From positions 1,120-65,119 of the forward strand of contig JAPYUP010000005.1 of the NCBI GenBank assembly GCA_029940695.1: a DNA stretch of 64,000 nt, given 5' to 3'. Made by a program: the position numbers and the translations under genes. Origin of the DNA: Candidatus Thalassarchaeaceae archaeon. GTDB taxonomy: Archaea; Thermoplasmatota; Poseidoniia; Poseidoniales; Thalassarchaeaceae. The notes beneath the pieces are model-generated. The model made no database searches. It was given only the letters and a program-made list of their open reading frames with translations, and was not told the origin of the DNA. Position 1 is the stretch's first letter. Each line of letters begins with the position of its first letter. Shown piece by piece: positions 38,213 through 48,073 of the stretch.

Positions 38213-39031
38213 ATGACTAGCAGAGTCGTAGCGGTGCTTCTCATCATGCTGCTGGGATCTTCGACGGCAGTTGCTCCGGCATCGGCCCAGACCGTGGACC
38301 CCGAGCAACCCTCTCCGAGCAATACAGTGTTGTACTTCTGGGGGAATGACGACATTTCCGACTGCTGGGGGAATTTCGATGCCGAAGGCTCAGCAGGTTC
38401 TGCAGATAACGGGTATGGGGATGAGGTTGACGGAAGTGACAACCAGCGTCTGGAGGTCGACATCACCTGCCAGCTGAAGTACAACTTCGATGAGGACGTG
38501 TTCCTGAACCCGACTGGTAAGATATCGATCGAATTCGGCATCAGACTGGATCACGCGGAAGCTGAGTCGGACGAGGACGAGGACCTGAACATCACCCTGA
38601 TGAAGGGCAATCTGGAAGTTGCCAGCAAGTCATTCCCCGACCTCGCGATAGATGAGGACATACAGATCACCTGGGATCTCGATGTCGAAGAGAACACGAC
38701 TAGGTGGAACCTAAGCGGCGATGAGCCACGAATCAGGTTCACTATTTCCAAGGTGGGTTGGGATTCTTCGGGAACTCCCTGCGAGGGTGTTTTGCAGGTG
38801 CTGAAATGCGGAGGTTCGTTCCGGCTGTACTACGCGAACAATCAAGATGGGATGCGTTCCCAGATTCAGTTCCCAATCGTGGATGCTCCCGAAATCGTCG
38901 AAGATGAGGAGCCTGAGGAAGACGGGATGATTCCCGGGGTGGGGTCGCTACCGGGATTCGGACTATTTTCTGGGTTGGGTGCTCTGGCACTGGCATCTGC
39001 GGCCAGGCGCACTAGGTTATCTGGCCATTAA
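38213..39031 (+). CDS. PGF-CTERM secreted protein (paralogue 2, tandem duplicate)
   Basis: Same length and architecture as paralogue 1, with alignable blocks (QPS..N..FWGNDD.S.CW..FD, CGGSFRLYYANNQDG). Ends IPGVGSLPGFGLFSGLGALALASAARRTRLSGH. Confidence 0.8.
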   Translation: MTSRVVAVLLIMLLGSSTAVAPASAQTVDPEQPSPSNTVLYFWGNDDISDCWGNFDAEGSAGSADNGYGDEVDGSDNQRLEVDITCQLKYNFDEDVFLNPTGKISIEFGIRLDHAEAESDEDEDLNITLMKGNLEVASKSFPDLAIDEDIQITWDLDVEENTTRWNLSGDEPRIRFTISKVGWDSSGTPCEGVLQVLKCGGSFRLYYANNQDGMRSQIQFPIVDAPEIVEDEEPEEDGMIPGVGSLPGFGLFSGLGALALASAARRTRLSGH

Positions 39032-40288
39032 TCACAGGCCATCGAAGCTGACGTCGGTCTCCTCGCCGCTACCAAGGTCCTTGATCCTGACATTTCCCTC
39101 TCCCCACTCCTTTGGCATTACCATGACAAGGCGCTCGGCGCCCGTCCTCTTTGCGTGCTTGAACGCCCACTTCAGCCGTTTGTCCTCGAGGACTAAGTCC
39201 ACTGCTCGCCCACTCGCCCTCAGGCGCTGCGCAACTGACATGGCTGCGGGTCGGAGGCTCTCGTCACTGCAAACGACGAGGTCATGGTTGCCGGTCGAGA
39301 GTTCTGGCACGAGGCCTTTTGTTGCAAGGAGTTCCATGATGACCATGTCACCAAAGCCGAATCCTGTGGCGGGCATGTCCTTGCCCCCAAGGGCCGAGAG
39401 CAGCCCGTCGTAACGGCCTCCGCCAACAATCGCCCGCAACTCACCGGCGCGGTCATGCGCCTCGAAGACCGGGCCCGTGTAGTATGCGAGGCCACGGACC
39501 ACTGAGGCATCGAATGCGACCCACTCCGAGATCCCATATGCGTCAATCATAGAGAAGAGCGTTATTAGTTCGGACATCGCAGTGCTGTCCCCGCCCAAGG
39601 CAGATTCGAGAGCGTCGAGGTCCTGTAACCCCAGTGTGGAGCGAATCTTCGAGATGGCATCAGCACCCAATCCCTGCTCAGCGAGTTGTGCGCTCATTAC
39701 CTCCTCCGAGATCTTGCCCATCTTGTCCACGATTACGCAGACCGCAGGGAAGTCCTCCCCGGACACACCCGCCGAATTCAGTACCTCCTCGAGCACCTTG
39801 CGGCTGCTGATGCGAATTACCAGATCCCCGGGACCTAGGCCGACGGAGCGGAAGAAGGCTGCCAGAACCGACAGCAACTCGACGTCCGCCTCGATGCCTT
39901 CCGCACCCCAGATGTCCACGTTCCACTGGTAGTGCTCCCTACCCCGGCCGCGCTGGGTCCTCTCGTATCGCCAGCACTGAGGAATGGAGAACCATTTGAT
40001 CGGGGTTGGTAGGGCCCCAGCCTTGGCCATCACCATCCTCGCAAGGGAGGGGGTCATCTCCGGGCGCAGGGAGACCCTGCGCCCGCCCTTGTCCTCGAAA
40101 CCGTAGAGTTGCTGCGTTATCTCCTCCCCCTGCTTGCGAGTGTAGAGTTCCTCGTGCTCCAGCATTGGCGCGTCATATTCCTCGAAGCCGTGGCTTCGAG
40201 CGGCCTCCCTGAAGCGCTCGAACAGCCAATTGCGCACGCGCATGTCCTCTGGGTAGAAGTCACGGGTGCCACGAACGCCCTGCGTCAC
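39032..40288 (-). CDS. hisS: Histidyl-tRNA synthetase
   Basis: Class II aaRS motifs with the HisRS N-terminus (RGTRDFYPEDM, GGRYDGL). GTG start. Confidence 0.9.
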   Translation of the reverse strand: MTQGVRGTRDFYPEDMRVRNWLFERFREAARSHGFEEYDAPMLEHEELYTRKQGEEITQQLYGFEDKGGRRVSLRPEMTPSLARMVMAKAGALPTPIKWFSIPQCWRYERTQRGRGREHYQWNVDIWGAEGIEADVELLSVLAAFFRSVGLGPGDLVIRISSRKVLEEVLNSAGVSGEDFPAVCVIVDKMGKISEEVMSAQLAEQGLGADAISKIRSTLGLQDLDALESALGGDSTAMSELITLFSMIDAYGISEWVAFDASVVRGLAYYTGPVFEAHDRAGELRAIVGGGRYDGLLSALGGKDMPATGFGFGDMVIMELLATKGLVPELSTGNHDLVVCSDESLRPAAMSVAQRLRASGRAVDLVLEDKRLKWAFKHAKRTGAERLVMVMPKEWGEGNVRIKDLGSGEETDVSFDGL

Positions 40289-40312
40289 GGTCCCGCCAAG
40301 AACGGAGTCACT

Positions 40313-40789
40313 TCAAGCCCTACGCCGATTTCGGAACTCCTCAACGCGTTCTTGCCGTGTGATGCGCCCATCGGAAAGAGGGAATGCGAACATCCGCAGA
40401 GCGAGGAAGGCGAGTAAGCCGAAGGCAGCAGTGTTAGCTGCCCACGAATATAGGTGATTGACGCCAAGGATATCAGCGAAGTAAGCGGTCGAAGCCGTCG
40501 AGACCACCAATAGAATGGCGTATATCGCCATCATCACAACTAGGCTCTTGGTGTACTTAGTTGGGGACTCGAAGGTCAGCCAGCGATGGAGGTAATGGGC
40601 CTGCCAAGAGCTGAGGAAGTAGGAAATCGCCCAAGCAGTGGCCGCTGGATATCCCTCCGATAGTCGCATTTCGTACAGCAAGACGTACAGAATGAAGAGG
40701 ACGATGACGTTGATGCAACCGACAGCGCAGTAGGTCGCATACTCCCTCAGCAGCTTGCCCCAGGGGTACTCCTCGCTCACCAGCATCAC
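40313..40789 (-). CDS. GtrA-family small membrane protein
   Basis: 158 aa with four TM helices, typical GtrA-like size and topology. Confidence 0.5.
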   Translation of the reverse strand: MMLVSEEYPWGKLLREYATYCAVGCINVIVLFILYVLLYEMRLSEGYPAATAWAISYFLSSWQAHYLHRWLTFESPTKYTKSLVVMMAIYAILLVVSTASTAYFADILGVNHLYSWAANTAAFGLLAFLALRMFAFPLSDGRITRQERVEEFRNRRRA

Positions 40790-42246
40790 TGGTCACCCAG
40801 CCAACTCGCCAGTGCCTCGGCTATGTGGATCGGCACGTCCTCTGCTAGGAGTCCGGGTCCGGTGCCAGCCGCAGCTCGGCTTCCCGCCTCTCGCAGTAGC
40901 GCGCACCCTAGCCTTGCCGCCGGCCATGCACTCATTCCCTGCGCAAGCAGACCCCCGATAGTGCCGGCTAGGAGATCTCCGGTCCCCCCCACAGCCATCC
41001 TAGGATGGCCGCCAGTAGCGAAGCATCGTCTTCCCTCTGGGCCAGTCAGATTGTCCTCGGAGCCAGTGATGACGATGGCCGCGTCCTCTCCCGAAGTGCG
41101 GGAGAGCGCACGTTCTGGAGATTCGTTTCTCAACCAGCGCTTGGCTTCGCCGGCGTGCGGGGTGGCTACGCCCTTGAGTCCGTCTGGCCAAGAGTCCTCT
41201 GGCAGAGCAGGGATGCCGTCAGCGTCAATCACCAGGGGGATTCCCTTCGCAGCTGCTTTGCCAATTAGCGAAGCCGTAGCCTCCATGGTGTCCTCGTGTC
41301 GGCCCAGGCCCGGACCAATTACAACTGCCTGAGGTGCCTTCGATGACTCCAGAGCGTGGGAAATCGTCTCTATCGAGGCCATAGTGAGCACTTCTCTATC
41401 AGGAAGACTCTCTGGAATCAAGGTTGCGGGCCACTCGGCGCGCTCGACAGCGGCAGATGGCATGGCCACGTGAACCAAGTCGCACCCGCTCCTTGCGGCC
41501 GCCATTCCCGCAAGAATCGGTGCACCGTGATAGGGCCCGCCCCCGATTACCCAGAGGCGCCCGCGATCACCCTTCCTCGCTTGGTCGAGTATTGGGGGAT
41601 ACCTCGCAGCATCCCCTCTCCCACAATCCTCTACCTCCTTTGGCCACGGCAGGGGGATGACAGTGACATTGCCGGTCTCCTCTGAGGGCATGCCGCGCTT
41701 TCGGCTGTGGAAGGTGATGGTCGCATCGGCAGTCAGCGCATCGCTGCCGCCTAGACCCGTGGGGATGTCACAAGCGAGCACTGGTCGGCCCAAGCCCCTC
41801 GCCCATCCCACGATCTCGTCAATCGGGGGCCTGAGGCTCGCCCCCGGTCCGACAGCACCGGCACCTAGGAGGCAGTCAACGACCAAGCCCCATGATTCGC
41901 CCTCGGGGCGCGTCGGCCATACATCGATTCGAATACCCAGTTCAGAAGTCGCTCGCCGAGCCTCGCTTGACGTTTCGTCCTTCGAAGCGGGGTGGCTGGC
42001 GAGCACGTGGGCATCGCACCCTGACTGGCTGGCGATAGCGGCCGCCACGAAGCCATCCCCACCGTTGTTTCCCGGGCCGCACAGAAAGAGGACGGGGTCA
42101 CCATCCGACATCTCCATGGCGCGCTCTGCTAGCGCCTCGCCGGCGGCACGCATGAGTTGCGAGGCCTTGATGCCCAAGGCTGAGGCATTGCGATCCAGAA
42201 CAACGACCTCGGCCCACTCTAGTTCCCAGCAGGCGGATTCGGTCAT
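40786..42246 (-). CDS. nnr: Bifunctional NAD(P)H-hydrate repair enzyme Nnr (YjeF-N epimerase + ADP-dependent dehydratase)
   Basis: N-terminal GPGNNGGDGFVAA (YjeF_N) and C-terminal carbohydrate-kinase-like GGHPRMAVGGTGDLLAG. ATGA overlap with the gtrA-like gene. Confidence 0.85.
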   Translation of the reverse strand: MTESACWELEWAEVVVLDRNASALGIKASQLMRAAGEALAERAMEMSDGDPVLFLCGPGNNGGDGFVAAAIASQSGCDAHVLASHPASKDETSSEARRATSELGIRIDVWPTRPEGESWGLVVDCLLGAGAVGPGASLRPPIDEIVGWARGLGRPVLACDIPTGLGGSDALTADATITFHSRKRGMPSEETGNVTVIPLPWPKEVEDCGRGDAARYPPILDQARKGDRGRLWVIGGGPYHGAPILAGMAAARSGCDLVHVAMPSAAVERAEWPATLIPESLPDREVLTMASIETISHALESSKAPQAVVIGPGLGRHEDTMEATASLIGKAAAKGIPLVIDADGIPALPEDSWPDGLKGVATPHAGEAKRWLRNESPERALSRTSGEDAAIVITGSEDNLTGPEGRRCFATGGHPRMAVGGTGDLLAGTIGGLLAQGMSAWPAARLGCALLREAGSRAAAGTGPGLLAEDVPIHIAEALASWLGDQ

Positions 42247-42261
42247 GCTAACCTCGGCATT

Positions 42262-44100
42262 CTAAGCGAGTTCGGCCTCAATAGTCGATCTCGAATGGGG
42301 TCTCCTCTCTCCATGCTGATCTACAAATGAATCGGGTAACTTCTCCCCCACCTGAACGACGAATGGGTCATCCCCCCCGGGCAGCATGTGAATGGGTGCG
42401 TCCGCACCCTTGGGAACGTTCCTGTAAAGTGGGCGTGGCTCAAGCTCGAAGTTTCCAGATAGTATGGCCCGTACGAATACAAAAAATCGACCGGTTCTAG
42501 AGAGATGGGTTTCTGTTGGGACTATCCTATTGAGAAGAACATACTTGTTGAGCGAGATGAAGAGGATTGCGGTGACCCCCCAAAACAGGAGGATTATCGA
42601 TATGCCATGGGGGTTCGATGGGTTCCACGGGTCATGCACGTTGGCGAGGAGGTCGCCGAAGTAGGAGAGCATGAGCACGGAGAACATCAGCGGGAATCCG
42701 AGGTACATTATGACGTCCCACCAGCGTCCTATCCACCAGTCGTTATCGCCAGTGTTGATGAAATCGTCACGGAAGGCTGAGACGCCGTGGTCGATGTACT
42801 CCCTGAGATCGAAGCCATCGACGCCGCTCTTCTCCTGCCAAGCCTTGTACCTAGACCAGCCGTAGCTCCAGATGCTGTATGCGATGAACAGCCCGCTGAA
42901 CATCAGTCCGTAGCCCCAGATGTGGTCCTGGACCTCTAGGAACTGCGGGAAGGCGACTCCCGTGGATTCGTCTATGAGAATCCAGGTCATCGCGCTGGGT
43001 AGCCCGAACAGAAAGATGGTCAAGCTGGTGAAGCCGACCGCTTGTGAGCGGTCGAAGCCATGGTCGACGAAGTTTCGCACGCAGAGCTCGACCGTCGAGA
43101 TCATCGAGGTCAGCGCGGCGAACGAAAGGGCGAGGAAGAAGACGGTGACCATGAGGAGTTGGATTATCGGGCCGCCGGGGGCTTGTGCAAAGACCTCGGG
43201 GAGGACGAGGAATGTGATGGCGGAGCTGCCCCCGGAGACTGCGCTCAGAGGATCTGCGACCACGGCGAACACGGCCATCATGACCGTGAGTCCGGCGATG
43301 ATGCTGATGCTGTTGTTGGCCAAGCACATCGTTGCTGCGTTCAGCGTGGTGTCCTCGTCCTTGCGCATGTAGACGGAGTAGGTGATAGCCATGCCCATTC
43401 CCGCGGAGCAGGACCACGCGGACTGCGAGAGTCCGTTTATCCAAGTCTCGGGCTGCATCAGATACTCCGGTTGAATGCTGAACATGTAGATGAAGCCGTC
43501 GAGGCTGCCGTCGCGCACGTCCATGACGAAGGATAGGAATAGCGCGACGAAGAGCAAGACGAAAAGAGAGATCATCAGCGTGACGTTTGCCTTCTCAATC
43601 GCCTTGGCCCCCCTCCAAATCGCCGCCATGGTGATTGCTACCGCCACCGCTTGGAAGAACACCACCTGCCCGGGGGACTGAAGGAAATTGTTCCAGACCT
43701 CGATTGTGTCGACTTCCTGGCCTAGCCCCCCTCTGACCGCGGTCAGGAAGTAGTTGACGCACCATCCTGTGACGACGGCGTAGTAGAAGCCGATTGCAGT
43801 GGAGATCCAAGCGGTCCACAGCCCCATCCATGCAAACCTCCTTCCAGCGAAGATGCGGAAAGTCCCCACCGTGCCGGTCCTGCTTCGCTTGCCCAGAGCG
43901 AACTCAGCGATGATCAGGGGTATCGACCAGACGAATAGGAAGATGAGCCATGGGATGAGGAAGGAGCCCCCCCCGTTGGCACCCACCATGCGTGGGAACC
44001 TCCAGATGTTACCGGTACCGATTGCAGCGCCGATGGTGGCGAAAATAAGCCCCAGCCTGCCGCTGAATTCGTCACTCGAGGTCTCAGTCTGCGGATTCAT
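42262..44100 (-). CDS. Sodium:neurotransmitter symporter family (SNF/NSS) transporter
   Basis: GTGNIWRFPRMVGANGGGSFLIPW signature with 12 TM segments. Confidence 0.85.
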   Translation of the reverse strand: MNPQTETSSDEFSGRLGLIFATIGAAIGTGNIWRFPRMVGANGGGSFLIPWLIFLFVWSIPLIIAEFALGKRSRTGTVGTFRIFAGRRFAWMGLWTAWISTAIGFYYAVVTGWCVNYFLTAVRGGLGQEVDTIEVWNNFLQSPGQVVFFQAVAVAITMAAIWRGAKAIEKANVTLMISLFVLLFVALFLSFVMDVRDGSLDGFIYMFSIQPEYLMQPETWINGLSQSAWSCSAGMGMAITYSVYMRKDEDTTLNAATMCLANNSISIIAGLTVMMAVFAVVADPLSAVSGGSSAITFLVLPEVFAQAPGGPIIQLLMVTVFFLALSFAALTSMISTVELCVRNFVDHGFDRSQAVGFTSLTIFLFGLPSAMTWILIDESTGVAFPQFLEVQDHIWGYGLMFSGLFIAYSIWSYGWSRYKAWQEKSGVDGFDLREYIDHGVSAFRDDFINTGDNDWWIGRWWDVIMYLGFPLMFSVLMLSYFGDLLANVHDPWNPSNPHGISIILLFWGVTAILFISLNKYVLLNRIVPTETHLSRTGRFFVFVRAILSGNFELEPRPLYRNVPKGADAPIHMLPGGDDPFVVQVGEKLPDSFVDQHGERRPHSRSTIEAELA

Positions 44101-44111
44101 CTCGATTCCCG

Positions 44112-46283
44112 TTACGTCGCCACATCGGCGTGGTCCCTGGGCAGTCCCAACACACGCCCTTCCTCCGAAAACATCGCTCGCAGGGTGTACCCAAGTCCTC
44201 CCCAGACGAAGCTGGCGATTACGAGGAACATCAGGATACTAAGGACCGCGGAGCCGAATCCCGCTCGGTAGGGAACGGCAAGATCGTAGTAGTCCTCCCC
44301 CTCTTCCACCCCGGGGTAGATGAACGGGAATGCCCCGTTAGTAGTACCCAGCATCGCTTTGTAGTGAACCCTCCCAACGGAGGTTGGGGGCAAAGGAACG
44401 TCTGCTTCGAGCATGGTTCCGTTGGAGCCGTCACGCAGGATGCACGGCCCACCGGTTTCGTTGAATGCTGACCTTGACCATGGTTCTTCGACCCAGTATG
44501 CCGGACCGTAATCGCTCTGCTGCCTCTTCGGCTCTACGAAGCGCCACATCAGATGCGTCAGATTGATGTTCGTTGAGTAGGGGAATGTGACATCGAGGCA
44601 GAATCCTATTGGGATGTCGCCGCTCTCAGGAATTGTCACGTTTTCCGGGCCGGCAAGCCACTGACGCGCAGTAGTGTTCTCGATGCCCACTATGGCCCTG
44701 TAACGGGGATCGTCGGCTATCTCGGTCATGTAAAACGCGATTCCGACATTCCTGACCGCTATGTGAGCGATGTCTTCGGGGTACTCGTGGAAGGCGTTGC
44801 CAATCTCGATGGTGTAGCAGTACGAGTTGTGAACGCCATAGTGCCAGTCACAGAAGTCACCGGTAGTGGGGTACAAATCTGAGGATTGCATCGGTTCGTA
44901 ATCGGTCATCTGTCCCATCACCTGGCCGTGGTAGACGAGATATTCGTCATCAGGGCTGTAGCAGTTGGTGCAGTGGCCCCATGGCCAGAGAACCAGCTCC
45001 GAGAAGGAGTGCCAAGTCAGGGTCGTCTTGAACTCCGAGGCCCCGTCACCGTCATCGTCGTTCATCTCCGTGATGTCTTGTATGAACTTGGTCTCTGGCT
45101 CAGTGTTTCCCCCCATCCAGTCCTCGTCGACCTGCCCGTCCGCATCATCGTCCTTGCCGTCGACGTGATCCTCGTTGACGAGCCCGTCGCCATCGTTGTC
45201 CTCGTAGTTCACAGGGCCGTTGTAGACGTCGTTGTTGGCACCGTCAACATAGCACATGCCAGGGAATAGCGGGCCGGTCGCGCCGAGCGGTGCGCCCCAT
45301 TCGAACTGGTAATTACGATTCAGGTCGACGCCGTCGCATCCCTCGTCGACCGATTCGTCAATATCCGGTAGCGGAGTGAACCCTGTGACGGTGTTGTCGC
45401 GCAGGTTCTTCCTCCAGCCGGACGTGCGACAGTTCTCCCAAGCCGTGGGACCACAGAATTCCTCACGGTCGTAGCGGTTCCCATCGACGTTCAACATTGG
45501 AATGAGGTATATCTCACGGGTGTTCACCATGTCGGTGATGAACTGCTCAGAGAAGTCCTCGTCGACCCCGAGATCGCCTGGGCCGCACGGCGTACCGTCG
45601 CCATTGCTGTCCTGGTTCGACTCGTTGAGCAAACCACAGTCACCGTCGTCGTCGAGGCCATTCCAGGGGTCCTCGTCGATTAACCCGTCGCCATCGTTGT
45701 CGATTCCGGCCATTCCATAGTAGTAGGCCACGGTCTCGAGGAAAAACATCGGGACCTCGTATGACATCCACTCACGGGCGTGGTGATTGCCAACGAGCAT
45801 AACGTCGGGCCTGTCATCGTAGTTGCCGCAGTCGCCGACGAAGACGTTGCAGTCGCCTCCCGCAGCGTCCAGGGTCAGCTTAATCCAAGGACTGGGGTGA
45901 TTGTAGTACCATCCCTCGTAGTCGGTGGAAATCATCTCGTCCCCACGGGCGTTTACCCCGCCGATGAGGCCCTCGTGAAAACTCATTATCTCTGGGTTGC
46001 GATCCGCGAGGAACAGCATCCTGTTCTTCATCGAGAAGTAATCGTGGTACTCGCGAAACTGGGCCTTGCTGTCACCACCCCAGGGGAATATCTGGGATAC
46101 GTACTCGTCTGACCAAATGTCCTCGGGTGCAGTTTCCGAGCCGACTTCCTGGGCGGAGGAGTGCGGTGCCATCGCTACCGGTGAGACGAGGGAGAGCAGC
46201 AGGGGCAGCAGCATCGCAGCCACCGGGACGCGCCCACCTAGAGGGTTTGAGAGCCCCAGCGTCCCGATTCCCTCATTCTGCAT
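44112..46283 (-). CDS. Membrane-anchored M14 zinc carboxypeptidase with thrombospondin-type-3-like calcium-binding Asp repeats
   Basis: Signal peptide. HHAREWMSYE (M14 Zn-binding HxxE). Multiple DxDxDGxxDxxD repeats (DNDGDGLIDEDP, DDDGDCGLLNE, EDNDGDGLVNEDHVDGKDDDADGQVDED). C-terminal TM helix. Confidence 0.8.
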   Translation of the reverse strand: MQNEGIGTLGLSNPLGGRVPVAAMLLPLLLSLVSPVAMAPHSSAQEVGSETAPEDIWSDEYVSQIFPWGGDSKAQFREYHDYFSMKNRMLFLADRNPEIMSFHEGLIGGVNARGDEMISTDYEGWYYNHPSPWIKLTLDAAGGDCNVFVGDCGNYDDRPDVMLVGNHHAREWMSYEVPMFFLETVAYYYGMAGIDNDGDGLIDEDPWNGLDDDGDCGLLNESNQDSNGDGTPCGPGDLGVDEDFSEQFITDMVNTREIYLIPMLNVDGNRYDREEFCGPTAWENCRTSGWRKNLRDNTVTGFTPLPDIDESVDEGCDGVDLNRNYQFEWGAPLGATGPLFPGMCYVDGANNDVYNGPVNYEDNDGDGLVNEDHVDGKDDDADGQVDEDWMGGNTEPETKFIQDITEMNDDDGDGASEFKTTLTWHSFSELVLWPWGHCTNCYSPDDEYLVYHGQVMGQMTDYEPMQSSDLYPTTGDFCDWHYGVHNSYCYTIEIGNAFHEYPEDIAHIAVRNVGIAFYMTEIADDPRYRAIVGIENTTARQWLAGPENVTIPESGDIPIGFCLDVTFPYSTNINLTHLMWRFVEPKRQQSDYGPAYWVEEPWSRSAFNETGGPCILRDGSNGTMLEADVPLPPTSVGRVHYKAMLGTTNGAFPFIYPGVEEGEDYYDLAVPYRAGFGSAVLSILMFLVIASFVWGGLGYTLRAMFSEEGRVLGLPRDHADVAT

Positions 46284-46381
46284 CCTATCAGTTGGCCGAG
46301 TCGCCAGTCGGTATTGAATCGCACGGAGTGCGGTCCGCGTATACGGACTGACTTTATCAAGGGGCGTTCAACGGACCGGAC

Positions 46382-47461
46382 ATGGAACTATTGGACGAGA
46401 TCATGGCTGGCGAACCGAGCATCATGGATTTCTCGGGTGGCACGCTTTCAGTTTTCGTAGCGGTAATATTGCTGAGCGGATTGGCGGGCGTGCTCGCGCG
46501 GCGCCTCATTTTCCCCCTGCTAATGGACGTCCTCTCAAAGACCGATCGAATCGATGGCAAGACACTGTTCGCGCCCAAGTCGCTTGGCTGGATGATTGGA
46601 TTCCTCGTCATGCACTTGGCAATTGACTGGATTGCAACCAATTCCGAGCCCGTTTGGGACGAAGAGCTGATGAGCACTGTTTCGAGAGCTAGCTGGGCAG
46701 CCTTCGTCGTGCTCATGCTGATTGCGGCATACAGGCTCGTCGACTACCTCGATGCCTTCATTGTCGTCGAGGGCGACGACATGGCGGCCCGACGCTCGCT
46801 GGCGAGCGTCGCAGAGTCCGTAGGCAGGCTCGCCGTCGTCGTAGTTGGTGTCTTCATCCTCGCTGGCCTTGCGGGCATGGATCTCAATGGCCTCATCGCC
46901 GGGCTAGGAATCACCGGTCTCGCTCTCGCGCTCGCAGCCAAGGACTCAGTGGCCAACGTCTTCGGCGCGATCTCGATTCTGATTGACAAGCCGTTCAACG
47001 TGGGCGACTGGATTGTCGTCGAGGACGTCGAGGGCGAGGTCGTTACAATCGGTCTGAGGACTACGCTGATTCGAACCTCTGCCGATACCATGGTCTCTAT
47101 CCCCAATTCGAACATCACCAACTCGCCTGTGGAGAACTTCAGCCAGCGCCGCTTCCGCAGGATTCGGCCCAAGCTCGAGTTCGAGGCGGATAGCGACCAA
47201 GCCTCGTTGCGCAAGTTCTGCGACTCTCTGTGCAGTCAGATTCTGGATGACCCACGGGCTACTAAGCCCGAGGACTCTTGGGCCCGTGTCCAGTCCTTCG
47301 CCCCTTCCAAGGTGACTGTGGCCACCAATTTTTACTGCCTCTCCTCCGGAAAGACCCAGAGGGAACTAACTGAGGACATTCTGATGATGGCTAGGGCGAG
47401 GGCCTCCGAGTACGAACTGAAGTTCCATGAGCCCCGTCGCAGGGAGCACCAGTCACTGTGA
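46382..47461 (+). CDS. Small-conductance mechanosensitive channel (MscS family)
   Basis: Three N-terminal TMs followed by the MscS beta-domain (KPFNVGDWIVVEDVEGEVVTIGLRTTLIRT). Confidence 0.85.
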   Translation: MELLDEIMAGEPSIMDFSGGTLSVFVAVILLSGLAGVLARRLIFPLLMDVLSKTDRIDGKTLFAPKSLGWMIGFLVMHLAIDWIATNSEPVWDEELMSTVSRASWAAFVVLMLIAAYRLVDYLDAFIVVEGDDMAARRSLASVAESVGRLAVVVVGVFILAGLAGMDLNGLIAGLGITGLALALAAKDSVANVFGAISILIDKPFNVGDWIVVEDVEGEVVTIGLRTTLIRTSADTMVSIPNSNITNSPVENFSQRRFRRIRPKLEFEADSDQASLRKFCDSLCSQILDDPRATKPEDSWARVQSFAPSKVTVATNFYCLSSGKTQRELTEDILMMARARASEYELKFHEPRRREHQSL

Positions 47462-47473
47462 GGGTGCTGGTTC

Positions 47474-48073
47474 ATGAGCAGCCTGATTCTCATTCGGCAC
47501 GGCCAGTCTTTGTGGAATGCTGCCAACCGCTTCACTGGATGGATTGACATCGACCTCTCTTCGAAGGGTGAGGAGGAAGCTGTCGAGGCCGGCATGAAAC
47601 TGGCTGAAAATCTCATAGACAGAGTTCACACTAGCGATTTGATTCGTGCTCAGAGGACTGCTGAAATAATACTCAAACTCAATGAGGCCTCAGACGATGT
47701 CCCTACTAGGTACGACGAACGCCTGAACGAGCGTCACTACGGCTCTCTCCAAGGTTTGAACAAAGCCGAGACCGCCGAGAAGCATGGAGTTGAGCAGGTC
47801 AGGATCTGGCGACGTTCCTTTGACGTGGCTCCACCGGGCGGAGAGAGCCTCGAGATGACCGCTGCGAGGACCATTCCCTACTTCGTGGAGGAAATCGTTC
47901 CGGATCTCGAGCAGGGGCTGAACGTCCTGGTCTCGGCGCACGGTAACTCGTTGCGCTCAATCGTAATGCACATCGAGGCCATCACTCCTGAGGAAATCGT
48001 CTCGCTCGAAATACCGACTGGTGTCCCGCTGTTTTACACGTACGCTGAGGGATCCATCACACGGAATGAGTAA
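47474..48073 (+). CDS. gpmA: Phosphoglycerate mutase-family protein (histidine phosphatase; 2,3-BPG-dependent type)
   Basis: LIRHGQSLWN...RHYGSLQG...SAHGNSLR, the catalytic His motifs. Confidence 0.85.
   Translation: MSSLILIRHGQSLWNAANRFTGWIDIDLSSKGEEEAVEAGMKLAENLIDRVHTSDLIRAQRTAEIILKLNEASDDVPTRYDERLNERHYGSLQGLNKAETAEKHGVEQVRIWRRSFDVAPPGGESLEMTAARTIPYFVEEIVPDLEQGLNVLVSAHGNSLRSIVMHIEAITPEEIVSLEIPTGVPLFYTYAEGSITRNE

Noticed and set aside
46284-46381. 7-bp inverted repeat CGGTCCG/CGGACCG in the divergent promoter region between the M14 peptidase and mscS
   Set aside because: Short, imperfect context and a 35-bp spacer; not distinguishable from chance in GC-rich DNA.
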